Of a stretch of 64,000 nt of DNA, positions 35,430-49,504 are shown piece by piece (the stretch's first letter is position 1; each line of letters starts with the position of its first letter). Below the pieces are notes generated by a model, which saw nothing but the letters and a program-made list of their open reading frames with translations, ran no database searches and was not told the origin of the DNA. The position numbers and the translations under genes were made by a program. Source of the stretch: Hyphochytrium catenoides (taxonomy: Eukaryota > Protista > Hyphochytriomycota); assembly GCA_900088475.1 (NCBI GenBank), contig FLMG01004374.1:1-64000 (forward strand), read 5' to 3'.

Positions 35430-37250
35430 TGAATCTGAAAGCCCGTACAATGTGCGGTCGCCGGTTCTTCTTACAAGTTTCCCACGCTGTTAACGCGAAG
35501 AGAGAGAGGAGGAGGAGGCAGGAAGAAGAAGAAGGTTGTATGATCTTCTGCCAGAGCCAGAAAGACCAAAATTTCCCTGGACGGTTGGCAGAAACGGCTA
35601 TCTCTGAGCTCATAATGCTCAAGGAGTTTGAACATTCCTACTTGTAGCTGCGCGTGTTAGAAGTTGAAGAGGCAGAAACTATTATCAGCTTTATTTGTGT
35701 GCTGCATTTCTAGCACTACTTCCGATCTGCTTCCGTCTCCTTCAGGACAGGCTACCTATCTTGCGTTTTGGGAGAGGGGATACTGTGTCGTATGTCGTTG
35801 CATTTCTGCTGATTAATGAAGATGAGCAGTGTATGTCGCTTGACGAAGTGAAGATATCTTTTCGCCTCCTCCTCATAACGCTCTTCATCTATAATGGCAG
35901 CCTCTAGAGATATCCCTGGACTGCATAGTGAACCGCTTCCCTTGTAGATGTTGCGGTCTGGGTGTCCTCCTTGCTCTCTCAGTTAATCACACCATACCAC
36001 CTTCAAAAATAAGTTGTGAGACCTTCCTAGTTTGGCTGAAGGAAGTGCTATGATGCTTGTCTTTACAGGTGCTTAGGAGCGAGTCATCGTTCCAGAGTGA
36101 CTTCTCCGCACCTATCGTTGCATTAGCTAGGAGGCATTCTTTTACCTGTACTAGCTGTCGCAAGGAGCAAGGAGGATTTGCTGTTAGCGGAATCAACAGA
36201 AGTATTTCCGAGACATCATATCGACTGTTGGGGTCTTTGACATTAATGAGTAGAAGTCTTGCCTTCACAATGACTCTGGAGACTACAGAGGAGTACGCCT
36301 CAACTTCTTCGGAAGGTTCTATAATCTCATGCTGCAGGGCTAATAATTTGTATAAAAGAATAAGTCACACTTATTACTCTCGAAAGCTGGTCTATCTTAC
36401 AGTAGTAAGGGACGTTGACAAACAGACTTTGTTATCGCCATCGCATGTTCCCAATCTCGCGTTTGAAGAAAAAGGTCTAAAAGTCAATGGAGGCAAGGTA
36501 GTAACGTACAAGGCGGTCCCGCGGAGAGAACGCTTGCTGATGGGGCCACAGCATAAAGTTAGGGAGTAGACAAGGGTGATCATGGCTGTTATGCCCCATC
36601 AAAGATTAGGGTTTCTAGATCAGAAGAGCTTGCTTTCAGCTAGGTGTTACAGGGTAACCATACGGAGCAGCAGTGACAACCAACTGCCTCTGAAAAAGAG
36701 TATCATCATGTAATTACTTTGCCGCTGTGAACCATCTTGGTTGTTGCTCCTCCCACGCTAAATGGATGAACCAAATATTACTCCAGGTAAAGCTGCAAGC
36801 CCTCTTATGATGAGAATGAGGTTGTCGGAGATCAAAGGTCAGACACTGATGATAGAAAAAGGTTAATAATGGAGGAGGAGCCCATCATCAACCTCTCATA
36901 ATATATACTCTTCTCTAGTAGCTGTCTTCCTTCTTTCTTGTCTTCGCTCTCCGATTCTACTTTGTTATTGATGGCTCGTGCTGAGGAAGTCTTTTCCGAT
37001 TCTCAATGCCTTGATTGAAGAAAGAGGTTGGATCTCTTGCACCTTTCTCTCGTGCCACGAGTTAGTTGCACCAGAGAGGGAGAGAAGAACTGTACAACGG
37101 TGAAGACGAGCTTTCCTCTGACCGTTCTCATCCTCCATTCGGGAAGGAAACTCTAGGAAGCAATCTGACTGTTGTTTGGCTCCCATATTAGATAATCACT
37201 ACTCAGTAACCATCTAGAGTCAAAGTATCTGATGTCAGGAGAAGTAGTAA
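35430..37250 (-). CDS. Possible uncharacterised multi-exon gene or pseudogene
   Basis: Several stop-free protein-like segments are bounded by plausible GT/AG sites (~36583-36400, ~36330-36146, ~35970-35757, ~35646-35470). No family was recognised. Confidence 0.3.
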
Positions 37251-37658
37251 TACAGTCGTATAGCTCCATCTTCCCAGAGATTGAGATCGTATTATTGCTT
37301 CATCAGCTGACCCAGATGTCAACTCAAGAAGCTCACATTCTTCCGTACAGCAGCAGCTTATCTGAAGCTTTCATCTGAAGATCATCGTGCTTCTGCTTCG
37401 CTTGTCTAGCCTTCTCATCATCGCCTTCGTGAAACCTGTCGTCCCGGGACCCGTCACCTCAGATCTTCCGCCAAGAGCTGAAACATTGAAGGTAGAACCG
37501 GCATTGGCACTCCGCTTTCCGAGTACTCAGCCCCACCTGGGAGGACTCTATTCAATCGTCCCTTCCAAACTTTCTTCCGTCATTGCTTTCTCAACGCTTC
37601 TAAAGGGAAATATTGGAGGTCTCTTTACTAGCACCTTGCCTGGCTGCTACAAGAAGAT

Positions 37659-38285
37659 ATGGCTGCGTGGAAACCTGCTCGCGGGTCGTGGCAATTGGGG
37701 GCACTTCTCTTCTCCATTTATGCGTTTATTACTTTATGTGCAGGAGAAGAGGAGGGCCCTATATTGAACGTATCTGAGACCTCGGCACCAGTGCGCGGAC
37801 TTGTCAAGGTAAGCCTGTCTGTCGGACGGCAAGAGTGTCCGCTTTCTGAACTTCTCTGTTATTGGCAGTCCTGTCCAGCATGTAGGCTCAATGTCTTGCC
37901 ACAAGTAAGGGAGTTTCTGAAAGGACAGCACGGCATTAGACTCTATGAGAATGTGGAGATCTCGTGGATCCGAGGCCATAACCCCGACTTGTACCTGCTA
38001 AACGAGAAGGATGAGGAGATCGAAAAGATTGATCTGTCGCCCTATTCCTTCGAGGAACTCCACGAATTGCTACAAAGCAAAGGCTTTAGGCAGAGGGAAG
38101 GCTCATTGGACGATGTCGAGCAGTCGATGGTCGCCGCGCAGAACGCATATCATCCTCTATCTCTAGCCGTTTTGCTTCTAAGCGTCTTCGGTGTAGCAGC
38201 TTTGGCTGGTGTTATCTATACAGTTCGCGAAAACTCGGCGCGACAGCAGAGATATAGACGGCTAGACCAGGACTCGCCCTTATAG
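37659..38285 (+). CDS. Selenoprotein M/F (Sep15/SelM) family, Cys homolog, with signal peptide and C-terminal TM
   Basis: Removing a 60-nt GT-AG intron (37809-37868) gives RGLVKSCPACRLNVLPQVREFLK..YENVEISWIRGHNPDLYLLNEKDEEIEKIDLS..EELHELLQSKGF, which matches the SelM pattern. C-terminal LAVLLLSVFGVAALAGVIY is hydrophobic. Confidence 0.85.
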   Translation: MAAWKPARGSWQLGALLFSIYAFITLCAGEEEGPILNVSETSAPVRGLVKVSLSVGRQECPLSELLCYWQSCPACRLNVLPQVREFLKGQHGIRLYENVEISWIRGHNPDLYLLNEKDEEIEKIDLSPYSFEELHELLQSKGFRQREGSLDDVEQSMVAAQNAYHPLSLAVLLLSVFGVAALAGVIYTVRENSARQQRYRRLDQDSPL

Positions 38286-38870
38286 GGAAGCGCAAGAGGC
38301 CAACGCTATCAAAGGTTTGCATGGCTTGCTCTCAAGTCTCGGAGAAGCCTCAGCCTTTCTTCTTCTGCTTGGAAAGGAGCATAACTGAGCCAAAGGGTGC
38401 TTCTCCTTTGATAGAGGAGAAGCCCCGTCAGGTCGCGACCTCCTGAGGGGCGTCACGGCCACCTACCTTCTAATGGACTCAGCTTCTCTTCGCCAGACTT
38501 AGCTTAGCCCACGCCGCTGTTGGCCAGGAATCACGTGAGGCGCTGCAGATGCATGTAGCACTTCTCTTCTGCTTTACGCTACGTGTAGACCTCCAAGCTG
38601 ATGGGAAATAGAAGTGCTCAGCTTTGAAGGTCTCTGCAAAGTCTTTCGTGCTGCCTTCCAAACCCCCTACCGGTGTAAGCCTGCCCAATTGTCTTGCCGG
38701 CTCGACCCTACGTAATAATTTACTGCGTTGACGAGTGCTGTTTATTAAATGAGGTCATAGTCTATATCTACATGCCCTAACTATGGTACGAGCCTCTGTT
38801 TACACTGAAAAAGCGTAAGGAACTGAATGAGCGGTAAGAGGAAAAAACAGGAGAGAGCAGTAGAGAGCAT

Positions 38871-41598
38871 TTAACGAGAATATGTACTGCCCTGCTTCCT
38901 CTTTCCTGCCAATCTGTGCTTAGCCAGCTTAGGTCCTGCCTTCCTGTCGCTCTCCCCAGCTCGAGCCATAATGTTCAGCTCACGCTGCTGCTTTCTTTGA
39001 ACCTTTACAGCTAATGCCTTCTGTCTATCACTGGAGAAGGCAGTCTGCTTGGCTGCAGTGCTCGGTGGCTGGCTATGACCTCGAGTTCTAGATCTAGAAC
39101 GATCTGTTTTGTGAACCTTCGCGGTCTCTTCTCCCTCCACCTCCATGCTGTCTCCGCCATCCCGCGTCACAGATCTACCTCGTTTCCTCCCTCTTGCCTC
39201 TTCACCTGGAGCAGACTTCTTCTTGTTTCTGGGGATGGTTGACCTGTTCTTGTTCTTCTCCATGCGGTGTCGGTTGACCAAGATCTGCTTCTTCTCTCTT
39301 ATTTGCCTTTTGGAGAGAGGGAGTAATTTAGGACCATCACATTTGCCAATAAGACGAGGAGTTGAAGAGGGCTGGTACGAAGATAACAGAGTCATATGCA
39401 TGTGGCCATGATCGCAGAGAAATGGGTACAAACGAAGTGCGAGACCCGCAGCTTCACTTACTTGACAAGTTTCCTCTGCTCCTCGTCCACCTCACTCTCC
39501 TCATCCATCTCTTCGTCCGTATTGGCCTCTTCCTCTCTCTCCAGCTCCTCAAGCCTCTTCAAAATATCCGGATCCACAAAGTCCGCAATATTCTTCCCGT
39601 CAATGATTTCTGGGACAAAGTCCGTGCGGTGTTCGCTGTTTTTGAGCATGTACTGCTTCGTGAAGTCAGCCGAGTACACACCAGGGCCACCATTCTCCCA
39701 CATTAGGTCCTTCTCGGTCTTCCTCGGTTCAACTAAAAGGACAGCAGTGTTAGATAGGCACATGTATGCATGTATGGGAAGGCCGTAAGGAGGAGACTCT
39801 GGATTAGGTAGTCCAAGCGAGAGACACTCACCGGTAGCCCCATCTTCTTTGCTTCTCCTGACAGAATCAGGAATGCAAACCTCCCTCACTTTGTTATCAC
39901 GAGGGGCGGGTAGGGCCACTGTCAATCGGTTGACCACATCTGTAACCTTTTTGCCTTTGACCTACGCAGAAAGATCGCAGCAGAAGGTCAAGGTGGTTAA
40001 ACAGACGAGTAGTGAGGGTGAAGAAGGCTCCGTCTTAGACAGCACCTCCTATGGTGCGCGGGATATTGGCCAGAACGAAAAAGAAAACTATCCTGCCGAC
40101 AACTAGAAGCTAGGCAACTGCCTTGGAAAGGAGTCTATAGAATAGGTGTGAACTAGATGGAGAAAGTACCTTGGAGTCTACGCGATGCTCAAGGAGATCA
40201 TCGCACGCGACGGTCCGAACATTATTTAGACCCTCCTCCGAGTGGTTGCTCATCTGGAGCATCTTTGCGTTGGAGTCCGACACAGCCTTCTCAATCAGTT
40301 CGCGCTTCTCTGGCAATAAATTATTGTATGCCAGCTACGAGTAGGAAGAGGAGACAGTAGAATGAGTTACCATAATCCATACATCAGTGGCACACAACTC
40401 CCTACAGACGCCAACCATGAATAATCGCCTCAGATCTAAATGCCTCAACACCATGAGCTCAGAGCCCACTTCAGGAGATTGAAACCATTTTTTGTCTCGT
40501 CATAGGCGCTCTCACGTTCGGTTCCCCACACGTCCACATCTTGGATGCCCCCCATCTTCTCCATTATAAGCGTATTCTTACCTGATCAATCTTGTTGATT
40601 ACGATGATGAGAGGCTTGTTAGCGAATAAAGGTCTGATGTTGTTGAAGAGGCTGACTTGTTGCTCCACTGGGTAGCCACACTGCTCCGAGATGTCAATGA
40701 AAAAGAGTACAGATGCTTGAAGGTGTGCAAGAGCCGTCACTGCCTGCATCTCAATAGTGTTGCGCTCTTCCAGAGGATGGTCGAGGATACCAGGGGTATC
40801 AATCACCTGCCATCGCAAGTATTTATAGTCCATATGGCCCACATACAAAGACTTGGTCGTGAACGCGTAGGGCTGCACTTCAACGTTGGCCCTGGTGACT
40901 TTGTTCATAAAACTGGACTTGCCAACATTGGGAAATCCTGTGACCAAAAGTGTTCTGGTGTTTGGATCAATAGAAGGAAGCCTGGCAAGATGCTTGCGTA
41001 CTTCTTCCAAGTAGGCTAAACTTTGCTTCTGATTCCTCATAATAGTACACATACGCCCCAGTGCCGCTCTCTTAAGCTGCTTGCAGCGGTAAAGAGAGTC
41101 TCCAAACTTAAGCATCTTAAGATAATCCTTGGCCAACTGGTCGATGAGGGCTCTAGCTGTGTTGATCTGTCCCAGCGCCAGCTTATAGTGATCGCGGTCA
41201 TACAATATATTAATAAGGTCGGCGTAGAAAGGGTGGATATCCTAAGAGAAGAGGGAAAAGTGCATGTAAGCGCACGCCTTCTGACAACAAGAAGGAAGCC
41301 TTGTGAATACACTTACATCCAGGCGTGGAAAGTCATTTATGATCTGAGAAAGCTTTTCGCTATAGGTCTGCTGCGTAAACTTTACTTTTCTCATATAAAA
41401 GGCTAGGATTGAGTAGCGAGGTTAGCTTTGTTCACAGCTGCTCAACAGAAGGGTCGTGCCCCTACCTCTAATCCTGGATATTGAGAATTGTGGGTGAATA
41501 ACCGTGGGAGTCTTTCTCTGCGTCCTTGTGAGGACAATGTCCACGAAGTCCGTGGCGGTAGGGACCGGTTGAATCTTCTTAAAGTTGTAGACCACCAT
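38871..41598 (-). CDS. NOG1: Nucleolar GTP-binding protein 1, multi-exon
   Basis: [115 protein letters not shown] and the C-terminal [12 protein letters not shown]. Confidence 0.96.
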
Positions 41599-42329
41599 CT
41601 TTCCCAAGGCAGAAGGCTAGAGGTAGCAGAAGGGCCTAGATCAAAGGCTCCGCCAACAGGAGCGCAGCTACGGCACACACACTATGCGAGCTTCAGCACT
41701 GGCCCCGCTACGTTAGTTAGCGGCCCGGTAGAGTAGAAGTGCTGAAGCTGGAGAGCCTGCCAGGCCTTCTGATTGCTTGGCGGATGGCTCTAGCTTCCTG
41801 CACTGCACCAAGTGAGACGCTGCCCAGGTATAAATAAGGGCATGGCACGGGACAGGAGGAGGAGAGCATCGCTGCCTGCTGATCCGAGGCAAGCTGTGGG
41901 GAAATCGCTGGAGGAGACTGGCCCAACCAACCAAAAGAAACTAACAGAGCAAAAATATCAACATTTGATTTCAGCGTAGTTATTGATCATGATCCCGTCC
42001 AGTAACTGGATACAGTCGCTAACCGTAACAGAGCTTCCCCCTTCCAATTCTGAAGATTTTATCTGCAGATATTTCTGCTTGAGACTCGCACAACATTCTG
42101 ATTGCCCTCTCCTTGTGCAGGCGCATGCCTAGTTTTCATGACCTTGTCTCGTCATCAGGGGCATAGAGGACGCTAGAATCCAATATGATCCGAAAGGCCT
42201 GAGTTCATCCTCCTACTTGCCAACGTAGGCCAGCCAGCATAGCAAGTGGCTGCATATGAGCTATGACAAAAGTTTACCCGAGTACCTGTGCGGTGGGGAA
42301 GTGTCAATGAATGGTCTTTAGAGTGTTAA

Positions 42330-43842
42330 GTGTGGAGGAAGATGGCGATGGACGGTCTAAGTAGGGACACTGTCAAGGCTATTCAGCTTATGAAACGTGA
42401 TCTCGACAACGCTAAGAAGGAGAATGTCGAGCTCCAAGACATAGTGACTGTGCTCCAGGATCAGTGCCGTGATCTTAAGCTCAAACTTGGTGCCAAAGAA
42501 AATCTGGACGAGTGTCTTCTTAACAGTAAGGAGTCTGCGCTCAGTCGTCTCCACGAAGAGCTGAGCGGCTTGCAGGGACAGGTAACATTAGAGTCGCCTT
42601 CTCGGTTTCTTTGTGTCATAACGTGAGGATCGTCTTTCTTGGGCGGTAGGCGAAACGCTGGCAGCTGGAGAGAGACGTAGCTATACAAGATAGGAAGAGG
42701 TTAGAACAGGAGCTTAAGCAGCTCAAAGGAGAATGTTCGTCTCTTCAACGTGCATTAAAAAAACTGAATAATGAGATCGACGTTCTGCGGATAAGGAAGG
42801 AGGAAGAGTCAGTGGGTGTCGACTTATATAATGGAGAGTGTGACGACTTAACCAAACAAGATGAGGCCGGAGATGCCGTTGAGCACCTGAGAACGAACCT
42901 TAGAAGTGAGTTATCACTAAGGAAAGACCTTCAACCTCAAGCTGATCTTGCCGAGGGCCAGCCTAGAGAACTTGAGAAGGGAGGTATCGCGGCTCTACCA
43001 GCCTCGCGATACTCCGAGTTCCTTGAACGCATATCTAGCCTAGAAGCAGATCTGTCTGGTGAGAAGAGATGATAGTATTGGCTAAGCTCCGCATGGAAGA
43101 AGTAACCAGAACGCTCATGATAGAGGCCCTGCAGACCAAGACTCAGCTTGCTGCTCAGCTCGTGAACCTTCAGAAAGTGTTACTGGAAAGGAGTTCTCAG
43201 GTGAGGAAGAAACACATGTTTAACAGTCCTAAGGAAGCACTACTTTCCGTACAAATGTCACTGACGGCTCCGCTTCCCTCTGCTAGGCCATGAGCAACTC
43301 AGCAGCTGGGGAGAGCAAGGAAGTTGTCGATGGGAAAGGCTCCACTCTGCCACGGCCTCCGTCACCCAGATCTCAATCCTCTGAGTGGAGAATGGAGTAC
43401 TCAGGGCACCCGGCACCTCCATTTGCCATCGACTCTCCAGTAATTCAACATCTTCTGGACACTTGGACCGTACCTACGAGAGAGAAGGAGGTATAATCAA
43501 AGCACTCTTGGCTTTCGAGAGTTCCTTTCTGTCTTTTTGATACTACTTTTGGCATTCTCTTTCCTCCTTGCAAATTTCGTTGCGTAGCTTTCATCTCATT
43601 TTTCGTTTTATCAGTACATGGCCTGGTGGCTTCGGCATGTAACAGAAGGCGGAAGCGTTGAATGCACGGAGTTCGGTCCTTCAATTGTGCTGTTGGGCAT
43701 CCCGCCAGAAGTCCGCGATGGCTTCCTCACTCTCGTCGTCCCACTAGTACGACAGAGGGAAGACATTGAAGTCTCGGTCCGTGTACGTGATTCAGTTGGC
43801 GAAACTTCGGACTTGATTATTCAGGTGATGCAAAGCTACTGA
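42330..43842 (+). CDS. Uncharacterised coiled-coil protein with a globular C-terminal domain, multi-exon
   Basis: Heptad-rich exons precede PFAIDSPVIQHLLDTWT/YMAWWLRHV..GIPPEVRDGFLTLVVPLVR, with GT-AG boundaries. The start is uncertain. Confidence 0.6.
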
Positions 43843-44076
43843 CAGTAACATATATGATCTATTGAATATTTAAGGCAGAGACGACTGTCGCAATCAGGGT
43901 CAGTAACTTTGAGATAAGGCCGAGGGCTTACAGGCTCTGACCCACCTCGCATTTGACGCTAGTCGTTGCTTGAGTTAGCTGCGTAATTATTCTAAGGGGC
44001 CTCTAGACGATGGCCGCACATTGTTAATGTAAATATGACAAGCACAGAGAGTGGTGCCACCCTGCTTCGCACTAGT

Positions 44077-44128
44077 CTGTGAATAGTCCCTTGCCAGGAG
44101 ACCTGTGAATAGTCCCTTGCCAGGAGAC
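44077..44128. repeat. Exact 26-bp tandem duplication
   Basis: ctgtgaatagtcccttgccaggagac occurs twice in tandem. Confidence 0.95.
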
Positions 44129-44218
44129 CAGCGCGTAGCGCGGTGGATGTCTATGGACACATTTCGTTGCTGTTCTCAGCTAGATGGAATAGCCGACATA
44201 TGTCCCCATCATGTACCG

Positions 44219-47200
44219 CTAAAGGCCTGAGCTATTGCAGAGATGTTTGGTGAAGTGGGAGACATGCTGGAGGTAGTCGGATATGGGTTCTAAAGAGTCT
44301 GCAGCTTCATCATTTAGAAGAGAATGGAGACTGACAACTCCATCGACCCTCTCAAAAGCCAGGATGGCTCCAGAGCCACTGAGCGTCAGCCGGCAGCCGT
44401 CTTCGAATTCTAAGTGAAGATCTCCTTCTCCATTTACTCGTCCCTTTCCGATACCTCTCAAAATAGTCCACGGTGAAAATTGCGACACGGAGTGCGGCAC
44501 CTCGCTAAACTCTCCAGAGACCTCTTCCATTGCTACCGAGGGAATCTGGCTGTGAAAGCTGTCTTCCGTAAGGGATAAAGTTAGATCTTCCTGCTTTTTA
44601 CCGGGTCCTGAAGCAGAATTTTCGGGCTCCTCATGCCCGAGATCCTTGAACTTTTCCTCGCTAGGGTCTTTGATGCATAAGTCCGCTAGTAGTGAGGCGG
44701 TTGGGTCGTCTTTGGCACTTGCGCAGTCTTCATCTGAATTTAGGTCTTCACGTAAGGGTTCCGAAGCATCAAATAAATATCTCCTGGCAAAGTCTTCCTC
44801 CTCGTCCTCTAAGCCTCCTTTGCGAGATGGGACAGGAGACGCATTCACTGAAGAGGAAAGGAAACTTCTCTCACTCTCGACTATCTGGAGGTGAGCTTGG
44901 AACTGCTGGTCTAGAGTAATCAAAGCTTTCACCTCCTTCGTCGCCAGTCTTTCTTCACCCTCCTTGTCAAGATCTAAGGAGGCTTGTAGTAGAGTCTGAC
45001 TGACTCCAATCAGTGGAAGAAGAGTGGCAGGTAGGCTGCTCATCCAGCTTCCGGCTGTTGGGAACACATGGCAGTAGGTGCAGGTTAAAGGACAGTTCAT
45101 AGTAGCCATTAAGGAGAAGGAGGGCCAACTTACCCTTGTCCGATGTGTCAAGACGCCACGTGGCCCGGCCGTCGACCGTCTTAATCTCCACAACTTCCTC
45201 GTCAAGCATGTAATGTATCGTGGTTCCACAATCAAAAGTCACATGGAATTCTGGTAGGTTTGACCTTCGCCATAGGCTGCTTGACGCCTTTTTGGCTCTG
45301 AAGTGATTTCTGGTCACCGAGGTAGAGGATTGAATCTCTGCGCTAATGATGACAGCTGGCAGACGGCGAGCCTGTGCGAAAAGTACCTCGGCAATTACGT
45401 CAAAATGCTTTCTGTAGGGCTCCGAGGAACTAGAAAGGGACAAGATCTTGTCACCTTCGTCCCTTCTTTTGCTGTACGGAAGGAATGTCACGGTGCAAGA
45501 GTCTGGCTTATTCTGTTCTAGAGTCAACTTCAGACCATCAACGGGAAACGAGGCGTCTAGGACGCCTCCGTCCTTCAGCTGAATTTCGACCCCACCACTT
45601 CTTTCCAGGAAGGGGGGAAGATCCTTTAGTTCTCGGATGATCCTCGATAGTGACCACTTGCTCTTCTGTTTCGGTTCCTCTGTCTCCTCTGACCGGGGCA
45701 AAGAGGAATCACTTTCAGAGTTCCTTTTTCCTCTGCTCTTCCTTGCGGACTTTCCGTGCTTATGTCTCTCCGTCACAATTCCCCTTGGTCTCCTCTGGAC
45801 TCTAGGTTGAGAGTAGTGCGAGGTGTCCGGGTCCTCTAGCTGAATATTACGCACTGCCTCCCCAGGTTGATTGGTGCAATTGCATGGATGTTGCCGAGCA
45901 CCTGCCCATGGTGGCCAGTAAGGGGCAAACCATTGTTGTCCGTAAACTTCATCGCGACTCAATCTTCCTCTCTTCTCTCTTTTCTGATGGTATCTTTGGC
46001 CTTGCCTGCCCCTAGGGCGGCGCTCTGAGAACGTATCATCTTCCGCAGGAATGGGGGTAGAGCCCATGCCTTTTCCGACTCTTCTTCTTTCTGCCGTTGC
46101 GATATCGTGGAAAGTCGACTCGTGCTCATCATCCGTGGAGCATGAGGAGGAGGAGGCTCTCCCGGTTCTCCTGCTACAGCGTTTGTTGTCCTCTTTCTGG
46201 GTATTACCTTTTCTAATGTAATGCTTCGGTCCTGAGGCCCTTGGTTGTGCTCTGTCAATAGTCATCCGACGAGGCTCCTCTGTCTCTGATGCAGACAGGC
46301 CTCTTGTCTTCAACTCAACGAAGGGTGATCTATTTGTCTCTTCAAGTGCCATTAGTTCCTGTCGGTTCATAAGGAACGGATGGCGAAGAATATCTTCAGG
46401 CTTCAACCGCTTGTCGGGGTCCTGTACTGACAGTTAGTACTCAAAATGTAGGAATGAGTGACATGTCAGTTAAGTGAAGATTCTGACCTTGCATAACAGA
46501 CCCTGCAGAAGAGATCTAGCTGCTTCTGAAAGCCACTCAGGAAGGACATAAGCCATCGAGCTAACATTGCTCAGCGTATCACTACGAAGTGATTAGAGTT
46601 GAGGTTATTTAAGAAACGGAAGGTACATCAGCCAGGAATCAGCTGCAGATATAGATACGAGAAGTCATTTATGCAAATTAGAGCGATGCCAAAACGTATA
46701 CAGCTCCCTTACCTGACCACCGAACCCTGAAACGGCGCTTTTCCTACCAAGAGAGTGTACATCATACAGCCTAAGGACCATAGGTCGGCAGCCAATCCAT
46801 GGGCAACTCTGTTTACTATCTCGGGGGCGATGTAGTTTGGAGTGCCACAAAGCGTGTAGTGCTCTTCATCCAGCTCACTGTAGGCAATGTAGATAACTAT
46901 TAGTTGCACTGGTCAAGAGTACAAAAGAAGGAAGCGCGGAGCTTTCAAAGGTTAGCCTGATATCATGCTCGGAGGAAAGGTTGGAAAAGAAGTGTGATGC
47001 CTGGGTTGTCTTACAGTTGTACGGCCAACCCAAAATCACAGATCTTGACTTTATTATCCTCTGTAAGCAAGATATTCGAGAGCTTTAGGTCTCGGTGCAT
47101 GATTCTGCTGCTATGAAGATACTGGACGCCTTGCACGAGCTTGGAGTCGTTGACGGTGAGAAGCGTCAAAGAGTAACTTTTGCACATGGGGAGGGAGCTC

Positions 47201-47728
47201 ACCTGCCGCAATATCTCGCGCACCTCATCTTCCGTCTTCTTTCCTGATGCGGAAGCTCTCAGATCCCTATGGAGGTCGCCCTTCTTGCAGAGCTCAAGCA
47301 CCATGTAAACGCGCTCTTCATCCTCGAAAAAGTTCTGTGATCAAAAGGTTGATATTGAGTTCCTTTGATGACGAGTATGTCGAGCCATTAACTCACACTG
47401 AGAGCTACGATCGCTGGATGCTTCAGCCTTGAATGAAGGCGTATCTCATTTATAATCCGAGCAGAGATATTTCTTTCGTGTATCAAACTCTTTTCAATGG
47501 TCTTCAAGGCAACCTCCTTCCCACTTTGGACAAGGTGGTTAGTCTTACGCTTATAGTCTGCCCCTTCTTCAGCTCACCTCGCATGTTCCTTTGCCCAGTA
47601 GACCGTAGCGAAACCACCTTTACCAATGATTTGCCCGACGTGGTAGTCCTGAATGGATACGTGTTTACTTTCAGAGCAAAGCAAGGAGTCAATGAATTAA
47701 GGAGTTAACAAGTTACCTCGATCGCCAT
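44219..47728 (-). CDS. PLK4: Polo-like kinase 4 (SAK)-like Ser/Thr kinase, multi-exon
   Basis: [104 protein letters not shown]. The C-terminal [23 protein letters not shown] resembles polo box 3. ORFs 44967-46406 and 44219-45235 are joined by an intron near 45132-45055. Confidence 0.85.
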
Positions 47729-48489
47729 TGATGAGTGTAGAAGAAGCAAGTCGTTTACTTCCTCTTAACTGGTGTAGCTCTTTTGATTAGCGGGAGCTAG
47801 TCGGCTGATGGCCCCCATTCCGTGACCGCGTCAAACAACCGTCAGGCTTTGTCTTCTTGCTCGTCGGCGGCGGCCGTTCGTCTTTGATAATCAACCACAG
47901 CGGAACAATGGCTGGGAGTGACAGGAGTGACGGCTGCTACGCTGACTAAGTGGCAGGTTGACTAAAGCGAACGTGGCGGTGCTGTCTAAGGTCCAAGCCT
48001 TCGCCTTGAAGCTTCGTCGTTATTATCAGCTGTCAGTGGCATTGCTGACGGCTGACGGCTGCCGCTCTGCCCCTCGACCTGCTTGTGCTCCCTCGTCATC
48101 CATCGTTCAAAACCGAACGGACCAAAAGACCGCGAAATTAACATGACTATCACCTCATTACCTCGGTCATATCCAGAATCCTTACGTTTTAGGGCCTTGG
48201 GTTTAGGAATAAGTCATCCGAGTTCGAACTTGGTGTTCAGCTCCTCTGTCCTCCCACTCCAAGACAGCCATAACTACTGCCATAGCCACTGCGCTACTAC
48301 CGGAGATCAGTTCTCATGAGGGCTTCAGACATTGAGGATGTGGTTCTGCGTCATTCAGCCAGGAGCTGTTGCTGGAACTCTTCGATAATAATATGTAGAA
48401 GCAGAGTTTACCTCAGATTCATTTGGGCTTCTTGCATTAGATCGCGGGGTTTACTTCCAAACAGCAATGGAAGTTATTACAGGTTAGAG

Positions 48490-49150
48490 AAGTGCGAGCT
48501 TTGGGCTCCCTCGATCGTGTCTGTGAAGCACCGCAGGTCATGACTGACAAGGTTGCAGCTGTGGGCTTGTCCCTTAATTCCCAGAAGTGCGAGCTTTATT
48601 GCCCCTCACCATCTCAGGGGCTAGGCTGGCCAGCCTCCCCTGCGGATATTGTTCGCTGTATGGTATTGGAATCCTTGGTTGCACGATGGAATCTACGGAC
48701 TATGAATCGGACTAGAGAGAGTGTGGGCATCATAAAGGAGAATTGCTGGGGAAGAGTAGCAAAGGCCGATCCAGCGTGCAGTTGCGGAAAATGCTCCAGT
48801 ACAGCAGCTAGCTACATGGACTGTACACTTACAGGTGCTGCTGTCTGGAGTACTGTTCTCGAATATCTTTTCCTTTATGGTAGGCCGCAGTCTCCTTTGC
48901 ACAGGCAATCTATTGCTCATAGGAGTGGCAACAAGATGTATTCAATAACAGTCCCCTCTTTTGGATGCTTTTACTCGCCCCTCCCATTGTCTCTTCTATC
49001 TCCTCCATCCTACGATGATAAGCGCCCGCATGCTTCCCTTTGATCTGACTAATGAAGAGATTGCTCCTAGCGCCTCGATGGCTGCTCCTGGGGCTCAGTG
49101 GCCACCGTCAGTGCATGATGGCCCAACCCTAACTCTACGCTAGGAGAAAG
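48490..49150 (+). mobile_element. Highly decayed CRE-like RT relic
   Basis: GSLDRVCEAPQVMTDKVAAVGLSLNSQKCELYCPS parallels GRRSSVLQSLQLINDLSLSLGLSLNLAKCDLWWPS in the element at ~27600. The limits are vague. Confidence 0.55.
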
Positions 49151-49504
49151 CCCATAACCTTGGTGATGCTGTTCGACGAGGCAGTGATTCTTTTATTAAA
49201 GGCGAGTTAGATGTTGAGTCCCTCATATTTGTTGCTGGCAGCTGCTACTGATCCGCAATGTCTGCCACCCACCACAAGTTGATGATGCCCACAAGTCCTA
49301 AGCCTAGAGGGACGCTGAGCACGGAGGGCCATCTTTTGCAAGGGCATCCGTCTGACGGTTAATCTACTCCTCTTTCATCTCGTTGTCCTCACCATCTGTC
49401 AGATATTGACATCTTCTTAAGCTTCGTCTTGTCCTACTACTGCTGCTGCTGCTGCAGTCGGCGTAAAGCATTAGTAGCGGTGGCCGCGGTCGCCGCCGCG
49501 TTCA

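Noticed and set aside
37659-38700. Selenocysteine recoding or SECIS for the SelM-like gene
   Set aside because: Both active-site codons are TGT and there is no in-frame TGA.
44967-45235. Programmed frameshift between overlapping PLK4 ORFs
   Set aside because: The overlap is explained by an ordinary GT-AG intron.
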